From the NCBI GenBank assembly GCA_963663545.1, contig OY760505.1:384001-448000 (forward strand): a stretch of DNA of 64,000 nt. Reading direction: 5' to 3'. Of this stretch, positions 40,136-49,080 are shown in pieces. Position numbers and translations under genes: made by a program. This stretch comes from Candidatus Delongbacteria bacterium (GTDB taxonomy: Bacteria; CAIWAD01). The notes under the pieces were generated by a model that was not told where the DNA came from, searched no databases, and saw nothing but the letters and a program-made list of their open reading frames with translations. Position 1 is the first letter of the stretch, and every line of letters starts with the position of its first letter.

Positions 40136-40960
40136 CTACCTGAATGTGGATTGATATTGGTGAACACGATACTCGTTGATACGCTGCACGGCGTTCCAGG
40201 AGCCGTACATGTTGCCGAGATAGAAGCCGACGGTGGCAAAACCGCTGAGAGCGGCAAGACCTTCGTGACCGGCATCGATGGCGCTCCAGGTGCCAAAACC
40301 AAGCGCACTCACAACCAGCAGGGCTGAAATGGCCGTTCCCCAATGGTCGGCATAGGCGTAACCAGCACCCGGCATGATGGCCAGTGTTGCAGCCAGTTCC
40401 GGAGATTTCTGACGAGGCAATTGTGTGTCACGCGCCAGCGTCCACAGCTCATGGGCGTGCGCGTAGGTCGAGGCGTCTGCGGGAATGGAATCCCATGTGT
40501 GACACGCATCCTGGGGACGAAGCTGGCAAACTTGCGCCAACCCCAGTTGCAGCGCCGCCAGATCTCGGCCACTGTCGTTTGATTCGTGAACCACGCGATC
40601 GAGCAGCTGCTCCGCCTCACTGTATTGGCCTACGCTGACAAGCACTATTCCGCGCCTGAGGGGAAGCTCTTGTGTCACCTTCTCCGTCTCGGCCTGCATC
40701 CGCGAGAGCCAATCGAGGGCGCCGTCAAAGTCCTCGAGCAACAGAAAGCAGGACAGCGCCTGCAGACGCGCCTCGTCCCGTGAACCGGCATCGTCAGCGT
40801 TGTGGGAGATACGCAAGTATTCGGTGAGCGCCCGGTCGTAATAGCCCTGGGCAAGCAGCCAATCGGCGAAAGAGCTCTGCGCACACAAGGGCAGACACAG
40901 CACCAGAAGCGCAACGAGGCAAAGGGGGAGATTAGGGCTGATCTTCACAGCGCGGTCCAA
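40136..40960 (-). CDS. TPR protein with C-terminal membrane domain
   Basis: FADWL...YDRALTEY; KSPELAATLAIMPGAGYAY. Confidence 0.78.
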   Translation of the reverse strand: MDRAVKISPNLPLCLVALLVLCLPLCAQSSFADWLLAQGYYDRALTEYLRISHNADDAGSRDEARLQALSCFLLLEDFDGALDWLSRMQAETEKVTQELPLRRGIVLVSVGQYSEAEQLLDRVVHESNDSGRDLAALQLGLAQVCQLRPQDACHTWDSIPADASTYAHAHELWTLARDTQLPRQKSPELAATLAIMPGAGYAYADHWGTAISALLVVSALGFGTWSAIDAGHEGLAALSGFATVGFYLGNMYGSWNAVQRINEYRVHQYQSTFR

Positions 40961-41291
40961 TTGGTGTCAGGGTACGTTGATAATAGCGGATCTCGTGGCC
41001 GCAGCGCAGCAGGCGATCGGTCGTCTGCAGCGTCGCCAGAAAGGGAGAATGGCGCTGAAGCGAGAGCGCACAATACTCGGAGCAGCTGGGATGCATCACG
41101 CAACTGTGATCGTCCACATCGGTGATGTAGTGTTGGTAGAAGCGCACACCCAGCAGTAGAAAGGAATTGACACAGTCCAGCAGCCCCACTCGCGGTTCCT
41201 GGGGCGGCACTTCGGGTTTGTGCTCGAGCTGGGTTGCCCAAACGCATCGTAGACACGTGAGTGCTAGCAGGAAACACACTGCGCGCTTCAT
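40932..41291 (-). CDS. YidD-like (haemolytic domain) protein with signal peptide
   Basis: FYQHYI...CVMHPSCSEY...DRLLRC...DQP. Confidence 0.8.
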   Translation of the reverse strand: MKRAVCFLLALTCLRCVWATQLEHKPEVPPQEPRVGLLDCVNSFLLLGVRFYQHYITDVDDHSCVMHPSCSEYCALSLQRHSPFLATLQTTDRLLRCGHEIRYYQRTLTPIGPRCEDQP

Positions 41292-41402
41292 TCCCTCTCC
41301 GGTTGTTCTTTCTTTAACAAATATCCTGAAAAGCCCTTCCAGGGACAAGTGCGGGAGAAAAGAAAAGAGCCGTGATCAGAGAAGGCTGCGAGAAAACGGC
41401 CC

Positions 41403-42617
41403 TCAGATGAGGACCGTGTCGTACCACAGGCGGTACTCGCAATCACGGAAAACGCGTGCATGCTTCAGCGGAAGCTGCTCAAAGCCTTGGCTTCCCGAAA
41501 CGGGCGCGTTTTGTGATACGTAGCGTCGGTGAAGCACCTGGCGTCCTTCTGCGTTATAGAAGCTCTCGGCGGGTGACCCATCCTGCCAGGACCACCAGAC
41601 CGCCAGACAGCGCCCCCAGTTTGTGTCACCGATGCGCAGGTCCACTACACGTGCCGCGTACTCCGCGTGCTCGCCACTGCTGAAGGTTGCACGAAACAGT
41701 CCGTCCTCACCCTGTGGACAGAAGCTGCCGGGGAGCTCTGCGTCCGCCGTGATACGCATCAACCAGCGAAAGCCTTCCTCTGTAGAAGCGATGTAGTCCA
41801 GCACATTCGGCTCGGCGGGTTCGCACTCGCTGTGTTGAATCAGCACTTCCAGGCAGTCATGGCCCAACAGTTGTCGCCTCCCGAGCACTGTGGTGTGCAC
41901 CACTTGAGTCAGAATGCCGTGAGGATAATCGTAGAAGCGGCACTCCTCCTTGTGGCCCTCCTGTAACACACTGCCGAAGTACAAGCCCGGCCCTGCTGCT
42001 CTCACGCTCATGCTCTCTTCGGGCCGTTCGTGCAGAGTGATCTCCGGCACGCGGGCAAGCGCGTCGATGTTTCTTCCCTTTGTGCTCATCTGACTCAACT
42101 CCTCTTTGATGCGCGCACGACTGTCGAACAGTCGCCGCTTGACCGTACCCAGAGGAATGCCCAGTCGTCGAGAAACCTGAGCCTGATCGTGATGCAGTAG
42201 ATAGCTCAGTCGTGCCGTCTCACGCAAAGGCGGTGACAGTGCAGACAGCGAGCGCAGACAGGATTCAAGACGTGTGACACGCAACTCCTCCTCGTCCGCA
42301 TCGGCCACAAGCGTTGTGTCACATTCTTCCGGCAGCAAGGAAAGTCGCGGCGTGCGCGATAGGAAGTTCCGCGCCTTGTTGCGCACAATCTGCTTCAACC
42401 AGGGAGCGAAGCGATAGGGCGGTCGCAGACTGTCAATGCGCTGCAGTGCCGTGACACAAGCCTCCTGGATCAAGTCATCGGCATCGGCAGAAATGCAGCC
42501 GTGAGCCAGCGCCACCGCGCGTGCATCACACCAATGTCGGCCAAACAAGTGTGCGAAAGCTTGTGTATCACCTTTTTGCGCACGTAGTACGAGCTCGCTG
42601 TCGCTGCAGGTGTTCAT
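41403..42617 (-). CDS. ECF sigma factor with long C-terminal extension
   Basis: SDSELV..GDTQAF, DADDLIQEA, WLKQIVRN, LGIPLGTVKRRL, then about 230 aa of unknown domain. Confidence 0.85.
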   Translation of the reverse strand: MNTCSDSELVLRAQKGDTQAFAHLFGRHWCDARAVALAHGCISADADDLIQEACVTALQRIDSLRPPYRFAPWLKQIVRNKARNFLSRTPRLSLLPEECDTTLVADADEEELRVTRLESCLRSLSALSPPLRETARLSYLLHHDQAQVSRRLGIPLGTVKRRLFDSRARIKEELSQMSTKGRNIDALARVPEITLHERPEESMSVRAAGPGLYFGSVLQEGHKEECRFYDYPHGILTQVVHTTVLGRRQLLGHDCLEVLIQHSECEPAEPNVLDYIASTEEGFRWLMRITADAELPGSFCPQGEDGLFRATFSSGEHAEYAARVVDLRIGDTNWGRCLAVWWSWQDGSPAESFYNAEGRQVLHRRYVSQNAPVSGSQGFEQLPLKHARVFRDCEYRLWYDTVLI

Positions 42618-42731
42618 GGTCCCTTTCCCTTTGGCATTCCAAGAGCGTAACACAAAGGGCGGGCAAAGGTTCGGCTGATGGAAGCGGAATTCCGCGCATT
42701 TTGGACATCCGCTCCGTGCGTGTAGAGAGGA

Positions 42732-44081
42732 CTATTCCGCAACGATGTGCTGTGCCAGCTCCAAGGCATAGACCAGATCCTGCTCGTCCAGCCGGAAGGA
42801 CGTGCCACCGGCATTCAGCGGATCCCTCACGGGCTCGCGGCTTCCGCCCTGATCCAGGCAATCGCGGCCTACAGAATAGACCAGCTGCTGCTCCGGCAGA
42901 TAGCGCAGCACGGCTCCATCAAATGGATCACGCGGGACAGCGGCCATGTAGGCGGGAACCAGCTCCTCAAGCGTCTGCGGCACGCTGTCATGGTCGAGCT
43001 GATAGCGCAGAAGTGCCAGATTCAGACGACGTGCATCACGTGCCACTCGCTCAGCCTTCACAACAAACAGCGGTAGCACTCGAGTGTGACTATTGTAGGC
43101 CAACTCGCGACCAGCCCCATTGGGTAACAACAGGGTGGCGAAAATGCCGGGGTCTTTGAAATACCCCGTCTCGACCCACTCCGTCACGGGCTGCTCGCAA
43201 CGAGCGACCAGCTGGGCAAAGGAATCACGCACGAGTAGCCGACTCAGCTTGGGCATGTAACTCCAGCGGGTCCAGGCTCGGATGAACCAGTTCGTCGGAG
43301 GATCGAGTTCATCCCCACCGGGCCAGGCTTCCTCAGCGGTGATACGTCCGAGGATCACGTCCTGCATCAACTCCCTGGAAGCCAAACCATACTGACACTC
43401 TCCCCAGAGCGCGCGCTGCAGCGCTTCAGGCTGCGCGCCCTGTGCCAGCAAGTGCTGCAGCTCCGCAAGCTGACTCGCAGTAAGCAGATCCGCCTGCAGC
43501 AGGTCCTCGATCTGCTTGTCCGTGATAGCGTAGGCGATCACACCAAGGAGGTAGCTGAGGTAGTTGTTTGCATCGTTCTCGATTCTGTTCGCCAGAGTCA
43601 GCGCGGCCTTGAAATGCGCGCAGGCTGTATCACCATCCTCCTGCCGCAACGCCTGTTGCATGGCTAGCATGCGCCAGCGCACGAGGCGGATGTGGGGCAT
43701 CATGTTGGGCCGCTCGTCCTGCGGGCCCTTCATCAGCGGTGCCTGGCAGTGTGGCAGTTTGCAGATGCTATCCATGGCGGCACACAGTGGCTCCTTGTCC
43801 TGCAGCAGTTCGGCCACAAAGCCCGCGTCCCACTCTTCGCCCTGGTCGTGACGCATGAAGCGCGCCGAGAGCGAACTGTCCGCGTCCAGCTCACGGTCGA
43901 ACTCCTGCCCCAATGCTTGCAATGCAGCAAAGGCGTTTTCTGCATCGGCCACCTGAAGCGGCTTGGGCAGTTCAACGAGCTCCTGCTTCCGCTCCCGCTG
44001 CAGCGCCCACTGATAGGCCAGCACCAGCAGCAGCAACACCGCAAGGATTCCGACTAGCCAATTGCGTAATGTGTGATACAT
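42732..44081 (-). CDS. Membrane-anchored hypothetical protein with pseudopilin-like C-terminal motif
   Basis: N-terminal TM; PQTLEELVPAY...PRDPFDG...YSVGRDCLDQGG. Confidence 0.7.
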   Translation of the reverse strand: MYHTLRNWLVGILAVLLLLVLAYQWALQRERKQELVELPKPLQVADAENAFAALQALGQEFDRELDADSSLSARFMRHDQGEEWDAGFVAELLQDKEPLCAAMDSICKLPHCQAPLMKGPQDERPNMMPHIRLVRWRMLAMQQALRQEDGDTACAHFKAALTLANRIENDANNYLSYLLGVIAYAITDKQIEDLLQADLLTASQLAELQHLLAQGAQPEALQRALWGECQYGLASRELMQDVILGRITAEEAWPGGDELDPPTNWFIRAWTRWSYMPKLSRLLVRDSFAQLVARCEQPVTEWVETGYFKDPGIFATLLLPNGAGRELAYNSHTRVLPLFVVKAERVARDARRLNLALLRYQLDHDSVPQTLEELVPAYMAAVPRDPFDGAVLRYLPEQQLVYSVGRDCLDQGGSREPVRDPLNAGGTSFRLDEQDLVYALELAQHIVAE

Positions 44082-44163
44082 GAATCCTCCCCCTCTTTCT
44101 GTGTGCCTTTCCTCCTCGCGCATCAATGAGAAAAGTACGTAATCCTGAAGCGCAGGGCCAGGA

Positions 44164-44724
44164 CTATTCTGCGCTGTTCGAAGGCCGCTTCCGCGACCCC
44201 GCCCAGTTCACGCCCAGGTCACATGTGTTACGCAGACGATCCGCGATTTGCGCGGCGTGGTGCTGGATGTGCCTGATGTTGACGAGCTGGTGCTCCAGCT
44301 TGGGGATTGGGTACCAGAAAAAGCCGCTCTCGCTGCTGGCCAGGTCCATGTCGTTTACGCGCTCGTCCACCCTTGTATCACAGAATTCGCAGTAGGCGAG
44401 CACTTGTTCACGAGTGTAGGGCGTAGGCATGTGCGGCAGCTCGCTATTCGGGTCGGGCGGGCCGGGAATGCCGTCGGGATTCTGCACCTGCGCCTGGTGT
44501 TCGACCCAGGGCACAAAATCATCGGGCGTATCCATCATGTAGAAGTGAGTGTAAAACAGCACGTGATACGCGTGTTGCCAGCAGGCGTTCCGCGGTGTGG
44601 CGTCCAGCCAAAGCTCGTCCGGGCAGAGTTCCACAGCCTCGCGCAGCATGGCGAGGGCGGCGTGATACTGCCGTTTGAGGGAATCGCGGACTAGGTTGAG
44701 ATCGAGTGTGGGGTGAGATGACAT
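44164..44724 (-). CDS. DinB family protein
   Basis: CPDELW, WQHAYHVLF, NIRHIQHH. Confidence 0.85.
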   Translation of the reverse strand: MSSHPTLDLNLVRDSLKRQYHAALAMLREAVELCPDELWLDATPRNACWQHAYHVLFYTHFYMMDTPDDFVPWVEHQAQVQNPDGIPGPPDPNSELPHMPTPYTREQVLAYCEFCDTRVDERVNDMDLASSESGFFWYPIPKLEHQLVNIRHIQHHAAQIADRLRNTCDLGVNWAGSRKRPSNSAE

Positions 44725-44799
44725 GGGAACTCCAGTGGCCGGTTAGCTAGGACTTTTGGCAAGCTCGAGCCTGTTTCGCCTGCCATCTTCTAGTGAGAA

Positions 44800-45093
44800 C
44801 TAGTGCAGAACGCTCGAGAGATCCTGAGCAGAGCTGAGAATGCGGACGACTTGAACTGGATTGCAATCGTCAAGATAGACAATCAGGTATGAGTAGACCG
44901 TGTAGAAGCGAACAGGCTTAGTTGTCAGGTCGCTGCGAAAGTGGCCGGCCCCGGGGTTCTCAGCAATCAGTTCGAATGCTTCCTGGATCCGCTCCATGAC
45001 TCGCAGAGCGGCATCCACGCTATCCTGGGCAATGTAATCCAGGATAGTATCCAGATCGTTGCGCGCTATGCTAGTTAGCTTGTAGCTAGCCAT
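44800..45093 (-). CDS. RelE/ParE family toxin
   Basis: ARNDLDTILDYIA, PGAGHFRSDL, YLIVY...VVRIL. Confidence 0.9.
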   Translation of the reverse strand: MASYKLTSIARNDLDTILDYIAQDSVDAALRVMERIQEAFELIAENPGAGHFRSDLTTKPVRFYTVYSYLIVYLDDCNPVQVVRILSSAQDLSSVLH

Positions 45094-45352
45094 TCCGATT
45101 TGCCCGCTCTCGCAGAGCGTTGCGGAGCTCCTCTAAAACGGCCTCTCCATCCACCAATTCACCCCGCTCAGCCTCCTGGATGCCGAGCTCGATGTCACCA
45201 CGAAGTGCCAACAGTTTCGCTTCCAGCAATCTCTCGCGCTCCTTCAGCAAGCGCAGACCCGCGCGAACGACTTCGCTGGCGGAGGCGTAATCGCCCGTGG
45301 CAATCTTCTGCTGCACATAGTTCTCGAAGTCTTTGCCAACTGACACGTTCAT
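45086..45352 (-). CDS. ParD-like RHH antitoxin
   Basis: MNVSV...GDYASASEVVRAGLRLL; overlaps the toxin gene; palindrome ATGTCAAT-A-ATTGACAT upstream (45409-45425). Confidence 0.9.
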   Translation of the reverse strand: MNVSVGKDFENYVQQKIATGDYASASEVVRAGLRLLKERERLLEAKLLALRGDIELGIQEAERGELVDGEAVLEELRNALRERANRNG

Positions 45353-45470
45353 TTGTGGACCTTTCCCGTTTTTGCAGACTGCACGGAAGGAGGGAAAAGG
45401 AATTGGGAATGTCAATAATTGACATCACTACTCGTACTCCGTCGGATTCCTGACTAAGTAGTGGACTGTG

Positions 45471-45983
45471 TCACGACTTCCCAAGCCGCTCGTGCAGCGC
45501 TTCCGAAGGACTCCTCCAATCAATGCTCTTCCAGATTTCCCGGTTGCTGTCGCGAATGATGGCTGACAGATCGCAGTACTGAAGCCCGCCTGCAACCTCG
45601 ATGCGGTCCCTGTATTGCAGCAGGATCTCATTCATGCTGCCCAGTACGCTGCGGCTCACTGTTTTGGTGAACTCGTAGTCGAGGTACTCCTCCACGATGC
45701 CCTGGATTTTCTCCCACTCGTAGCCCTCAAGTTGAAGCAGCTGCGCCAGCCCCTTGAGGAAGGCCTCGTGAATGTGCGGCGTATGGGTTTTCCTGACGCC
45801 GAAGAAGGCGAAGGAGGCTAATGTGCGCTCATTCACGAAGAGCAGGGCCTTCCTTCTCTCGATGTAAAACAGGTGGAGGTACCAATCTCCCAGGGTACTC
45901 GTGGACTCCCGCACCTCGCTCAGATCGGCGGGCTTCAGGCCTAGCTGGTCCTGAACTTTCTTGGTGCATCGTAGCTGCAGCAT
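45471..45983 (-). CDS. Conserved hypothetical protein (DUF6933-like)
   Basis: LRCTKK, LGDWY, FVNERT, SRSVLGSMN. Confidence 0.75.
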   Translation of the reverse strand: MLQLRCTKKVQDQLGLKPADLSEVRESTSTLGDWYLHLFYIERRKALLFVNERTLASFAFFGVRKTHTPHIHEAFLKGLAQLLQLEGYEWEKIQGIVEEYLDYEFTKTVSRSVLGSMNEILLQYRDRIEVAGGLQYCDLSAIIRDSNREIWKSIDWRSPSEALHERLGKS

Positions 45984-45992
45984 GGGCTCTCC

Positions 45993-46970
45993 TTATGCGA
46001 TGGTAGTGGCCACATCCTTGAAGCGATACACCGTTGTTCGCTTGTCGCCGAACTTCTCCACCCACTCGCGCTGCACGGCGAAACTCAGATCGCGGCTGGC
46101 TGTGGCAGCCGAAATCTGGCGATTGGCACGTAGGTAGTCCTGTCGGGTGAAAGCCTGATCCCCGATCTGCTCCCTGAACCTGTGCAGTCGATCCTCTTGC
46201 GTCAGTGAGACATTACCCGCGGAAAGCAACTCCTCCAGGGACTCATCGATGTTGCGCAACATGAATTCGATGAAGGCCGTGGAGTCCCCCGCTTGATCGG
46301 AACTCTCCAGGACTGCGTAGTACTCCTGCTGCCGCTGCTTCACCAGGACCTCGACGGGCAGATACTCGAACACAGGAGAATGCTGCGCCAGAATGCAGGT
46401 CTGCCACAAACGCCCCATCCGACCATTGCCATCCAGGAAAGGATGGATGAACTCAAACTCGTAGTGGAAGACGCAGCTCTTGATGAGCAGCAGCTCCTCA
46501 TCCCTAGCGAGATAGCTAAAGAGCTCGTCCATCAAGGTCGGCACACGCAGTGCCGGCGGGGCAAGGTGCGAGACGTGGTCCCCCTTCATAATGCCCACCT
46601 GAGAAGTACGAAAGCGCCCGGGATTGTCCACTAAACCCGCCATCAGCAGGCCATGTGCCTCGCACAGAGCGTCGGAAGCAAAGGGGTCGAATTCCCTAAG
46701 ACGATCGTAGACGGCGATGGCATTACGCACTTCAAGGATGTCTTTCTGCGGCCCCAGTACAGGCCTGTTCTCCAGCAGGGCCGTAATCTGCTCCTCCGTC
46801 AAGGTGTTGCCTTCGATCTCGAGGGAGGAGTGGATGGTTTTGATCTTGTTGCGGCGCCGCAATTCCGTGGGGGGACGATCCAGGTTGGCGGTACTAAGCT
46901 GGCCGATCTTCCCGGAAATGGAGGCGACCAGGGCCAGGATCGTCGAAGTAATCTGATAGGGCGGTTTCAT
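45993..46970 (-). CDS. Fic family protein with C-terminal HTH
   Basis: SLEIEGN, HPFLDGNGRMGR, ISAATASRDL; start MKPPY. Confidence 0.93.
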   Translation of the reverse strand: MKPPYQITSTILALVASISGKIGQLSTANLDRPPTELRRRNKIKTIHSSLEIEGNTLTEEQITALLENRPVLGPQKDILEVRNAIAVYDRLREFDPFASDALCEAHGLLMAGLVDNPGRFRTSQVGIMKGDHVSHLAPPALRVPTLMDELFSYLARDEELLLIKSCVFHYEFEFIHPFLDGNGRMGRLWQTCILAQHSPVFEYLPVEVLVKQRQQEYYAVLESSDQAGDSTAFIEFMLRNIDESLEELLSAGNVSLTQEDRLHRFREQIGDQAFTRQDYLRANRQISAATASRDLSFAVQREWVEKFGDKRTTVYRFKDVATTIA

Positions 46971-46981
46971 TGGCTGCACCG

Positions 46982-47005
46982 TGATAGTATCATTTGATAC
47001 TATCA
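46982..47005. promoter_or_regulatory. Palindromic operator upstream of fic
   Basis: TGATAGTATCA-tt-TGATACTATCA, a perfect 11-bp inverted repeat. Confidence 0.6.
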
Positions 47006-47107
47006 TAGCAAAGATCAAGCGGAGGTACAGGAGTTTTCGCGGCACCTGAATTGGAAGACTGGAGAGGCGCCGGTGCAATGGAAATGAAAGACTTACCCAA
47101 GCAGGTT

Positions 47108-47235
47108 CTACTCGTCAACGCCTGCATACTGGCGCTGTTGCCAGACACCGACGATCCAGATCGTATCTCCTTTCCGTCTGTAGAAGATGCGGTGCTCGTG
47201 CTCGACAGAACACACCCTGCGTTTTGTCTTGCCTC
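47108..47235 (-). pseudogene. 3' remnant of a RelE/ParE-like toxin
   Basis: ...HRIFYRRKGDTIWIVGVWQQRQ; no matching N-terminus. Confidence 0.5.
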
Positions 47236-47275
47236 CTGGTAGCACATATGTGTCACTCACACCCGGAGGTGCATC

Positions 47276-47503
47276 ATGGTCAAGGAAGTCGCAGCACGAA
47301 AAGTCGGTGGATCCATTGGCACAACGCTGCCAAAGGACATGGCGGAACGCCTTCATATTGAGCCCGGTGATCGGCTGTTCGCCATAGAAACACCAGATGG
47401 CATTCTGCTTACGCCCTTTGATCCCGTTGCAAGAGAAGCTCTGGCAATTGCTGCCGATCTTGCAAAGCGTTATCGAAATGCGCTAGGCGAGCTAGCCAAG
47501 TGA
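47276..47503 (+). CDS. AbrB/MazE-type antitoxin
   Basis: RKVGGSIGTTLPK, GILLTPFDP, YRNALGELAK. Confidence 0.9.
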   Translation: MVKEVAARKVGGSIGTTLPKDMAERLHIEPGDRLFAIETPDGILLTPFDPVAREALAIAADLAKRYRNALGELAK

Positions 47504-47510
47504 ACGCGTA

Positions 47511-47909
47511 ATGAGCGAGCCAAACTGGATTCCACGCTACATTGTGGAAGCGATTCACCTGGACCAGATTCGCGAACATGGTGGCTTGCCGGGCCTCCGC
47601 GACAAGGCCTTGCTTGAGTCGGCACTAGCGAGACACGGGAACAGGTTCAACTAGGACACCCACTGCGGCATGCATGAGCTAGCTGCCGCCTACTGTTTTG
47701 GCCTCATTCAGAATCACCCCTTTACCGATGGCAACAAGCGCCTCGGCTTTCTCGTCATGGCTGTTGTTCTGGAGCTGAATGGCATCCGTTTTCATGCGAC
47801 GGAAGAGAGCACGACGCTTACCATCCTTGCGCTTGCCGCCGGGGAGCTTGATGAGTCGGAGCTCGCCGACTGGATCCGGCTAAACTCAAGCTGTGCCACG
47901 TCCGACTAA
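47511..47909 (+). pseudogene. doc: Doc toxin with in-frame TAG at 47652
   Basis: MSEPNWI...HGGLPGLRD..LLESALAR..NRFN*...NHPFTDGNKR, all in one frame. Confidence 0.85.
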
Positions 47910-47963
47910 GGCCGAAACTCCTGCCTTCTCGCCGCAGCCTTGCCCTCCGCGGGTGCGCGGCTT

Positions 47964-48230
47964 CTACACACTACAACATACCACCACACGTGTACCCTTG
48001 CCAGCGGTACCAAAGCTCAACCTCTGCCAGCCCTTCATCAGCTGCTCAATCTCCTCTTCCCGGTATCTGCGAAAGAGCATGTCGCGCTGATCGCCGCGCA
48101 CCAAGACAGGGTGCCATCCTCCAGTACCTCAGCCTCGTTCAGCCGATCCTCATCCGTATCCACCGGATCAAAGGTCAGCAGCAGAGCTCCGCCGGGCGGC
48201 AAGTGCTGCTTGCAGAAGGCCGGCAGTATG
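47964..48230 (-). pseudogene. Possible frameshifted 3' fragment of a SAM methyltransferase
   Basis: HLPPGGALLLTFD in one frame and RRYREEEIEQL in another. Confidence 0.3.
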
Positions 48231-48342
48231 TGAGCGGGAGTGGGGCGGGAGTAGTCGCTGGTGGTGGGGTCAAGGTTCTGGTAGTAGTGGCTCCAGTAGG
48301 GGTTGGGGGCCTCCTAGTATCCGGGTGTCTCATCAACTACAA

Positions 48343-48918
48343 TCACGACCTACTACCTGCCGAGCGAATCTGGGTGCGCAGCAGGTTGAATGCGGTGGGT
48401 TGCGTATCGGAATTGACAACACCTCGTATCACCGATACGCACTCCTCAACGCTCATCTGCGAAGTGTCGACCTCAACATCATAGTTCTTGTTGGCGTACA
48501 CGCGATCGTACTGATAGCGAGCCGTACCGATCTGTCGGTCGCCACGCTCCTTCTCCCGGGCTTCGAGCACGTCCAGCGGACAGCACACACCGACGAACAC
48601 AACCCGCAGACCGTCAAAGGCCTCCACGAAGGGCGCCACCCACGACGGCTCCTGCAGCACATGGTCGACGATCACATTGTTGCCTGCGCGAGCGATGGCA
48701 GCGGTTGAGGCATTGAAACCCGCCAACAGCGTTGGAAATGCTTCTGAAAGGTAGGCGCGGTCTGCGAGATAGGTGTCGGAAAGCTGGTGCAGGAAAGCAT
48801 CCACAGTAACATGCAAGTAGGCCTGGCCGAGGGACTCCTGGAGCCCCCTGGCGAGGGTGCTCTTGCCGGAACTGGAGGTTCCGTTGAGGAAGATCACTTT
48901 GCCGTGCGACTTGTTCAT
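48343..48918 (-). CDS. Chloramphenicol-phosphotransferase-like kinase
   Basis: IFLNGTSSSGKST, GNNVIVD, REKERGDR, YDVEVDTS. Confidence 0.88.
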   Translation of the reverse strand: MNKSHGKVIFLNGTSSSGKSTLARGLQESLGQAYLHVTVDAFLHQLSDTYLADRAYLSEAFPTLLAGFNASTAAIARAGNNVIVDHVLQEPSWVAPFVEAFDGLRVVFVGVCCPLDVLEAREKERGDRQIGTARYQYDRVYANKNYDVEVDTSQMSVEECVSVIRGVVNSDTQPTAFNLLRTQIRSAGSRS

Positions 48919-49080
48919 GTGTGCTTCTTCTCCTGTGAAGGGTCAAGGCTCCTTAGTTCGGGGCGAGGTGTGGAGCGGCGTTTGCGTCAGTCTTCATCAC
49001 TGCAAGAACTCGCGGCTCGTAAATGGCGCCTGTTGTCTAGCGGCAGGCTGGCACTGCTGTGGGGCCGGAGCAAGCATGTG

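Noticed and set aside
47652-47654. Pyrrolysine or TAG recoding in doc
   Set aside because: Many genes here end in TAG and no pyl genes are visible; a nonsense mutation is simpler.
48343-48918. Chloramphenicol resistance
   Set aside because: Family membership only; the substrate cannot be inferred.
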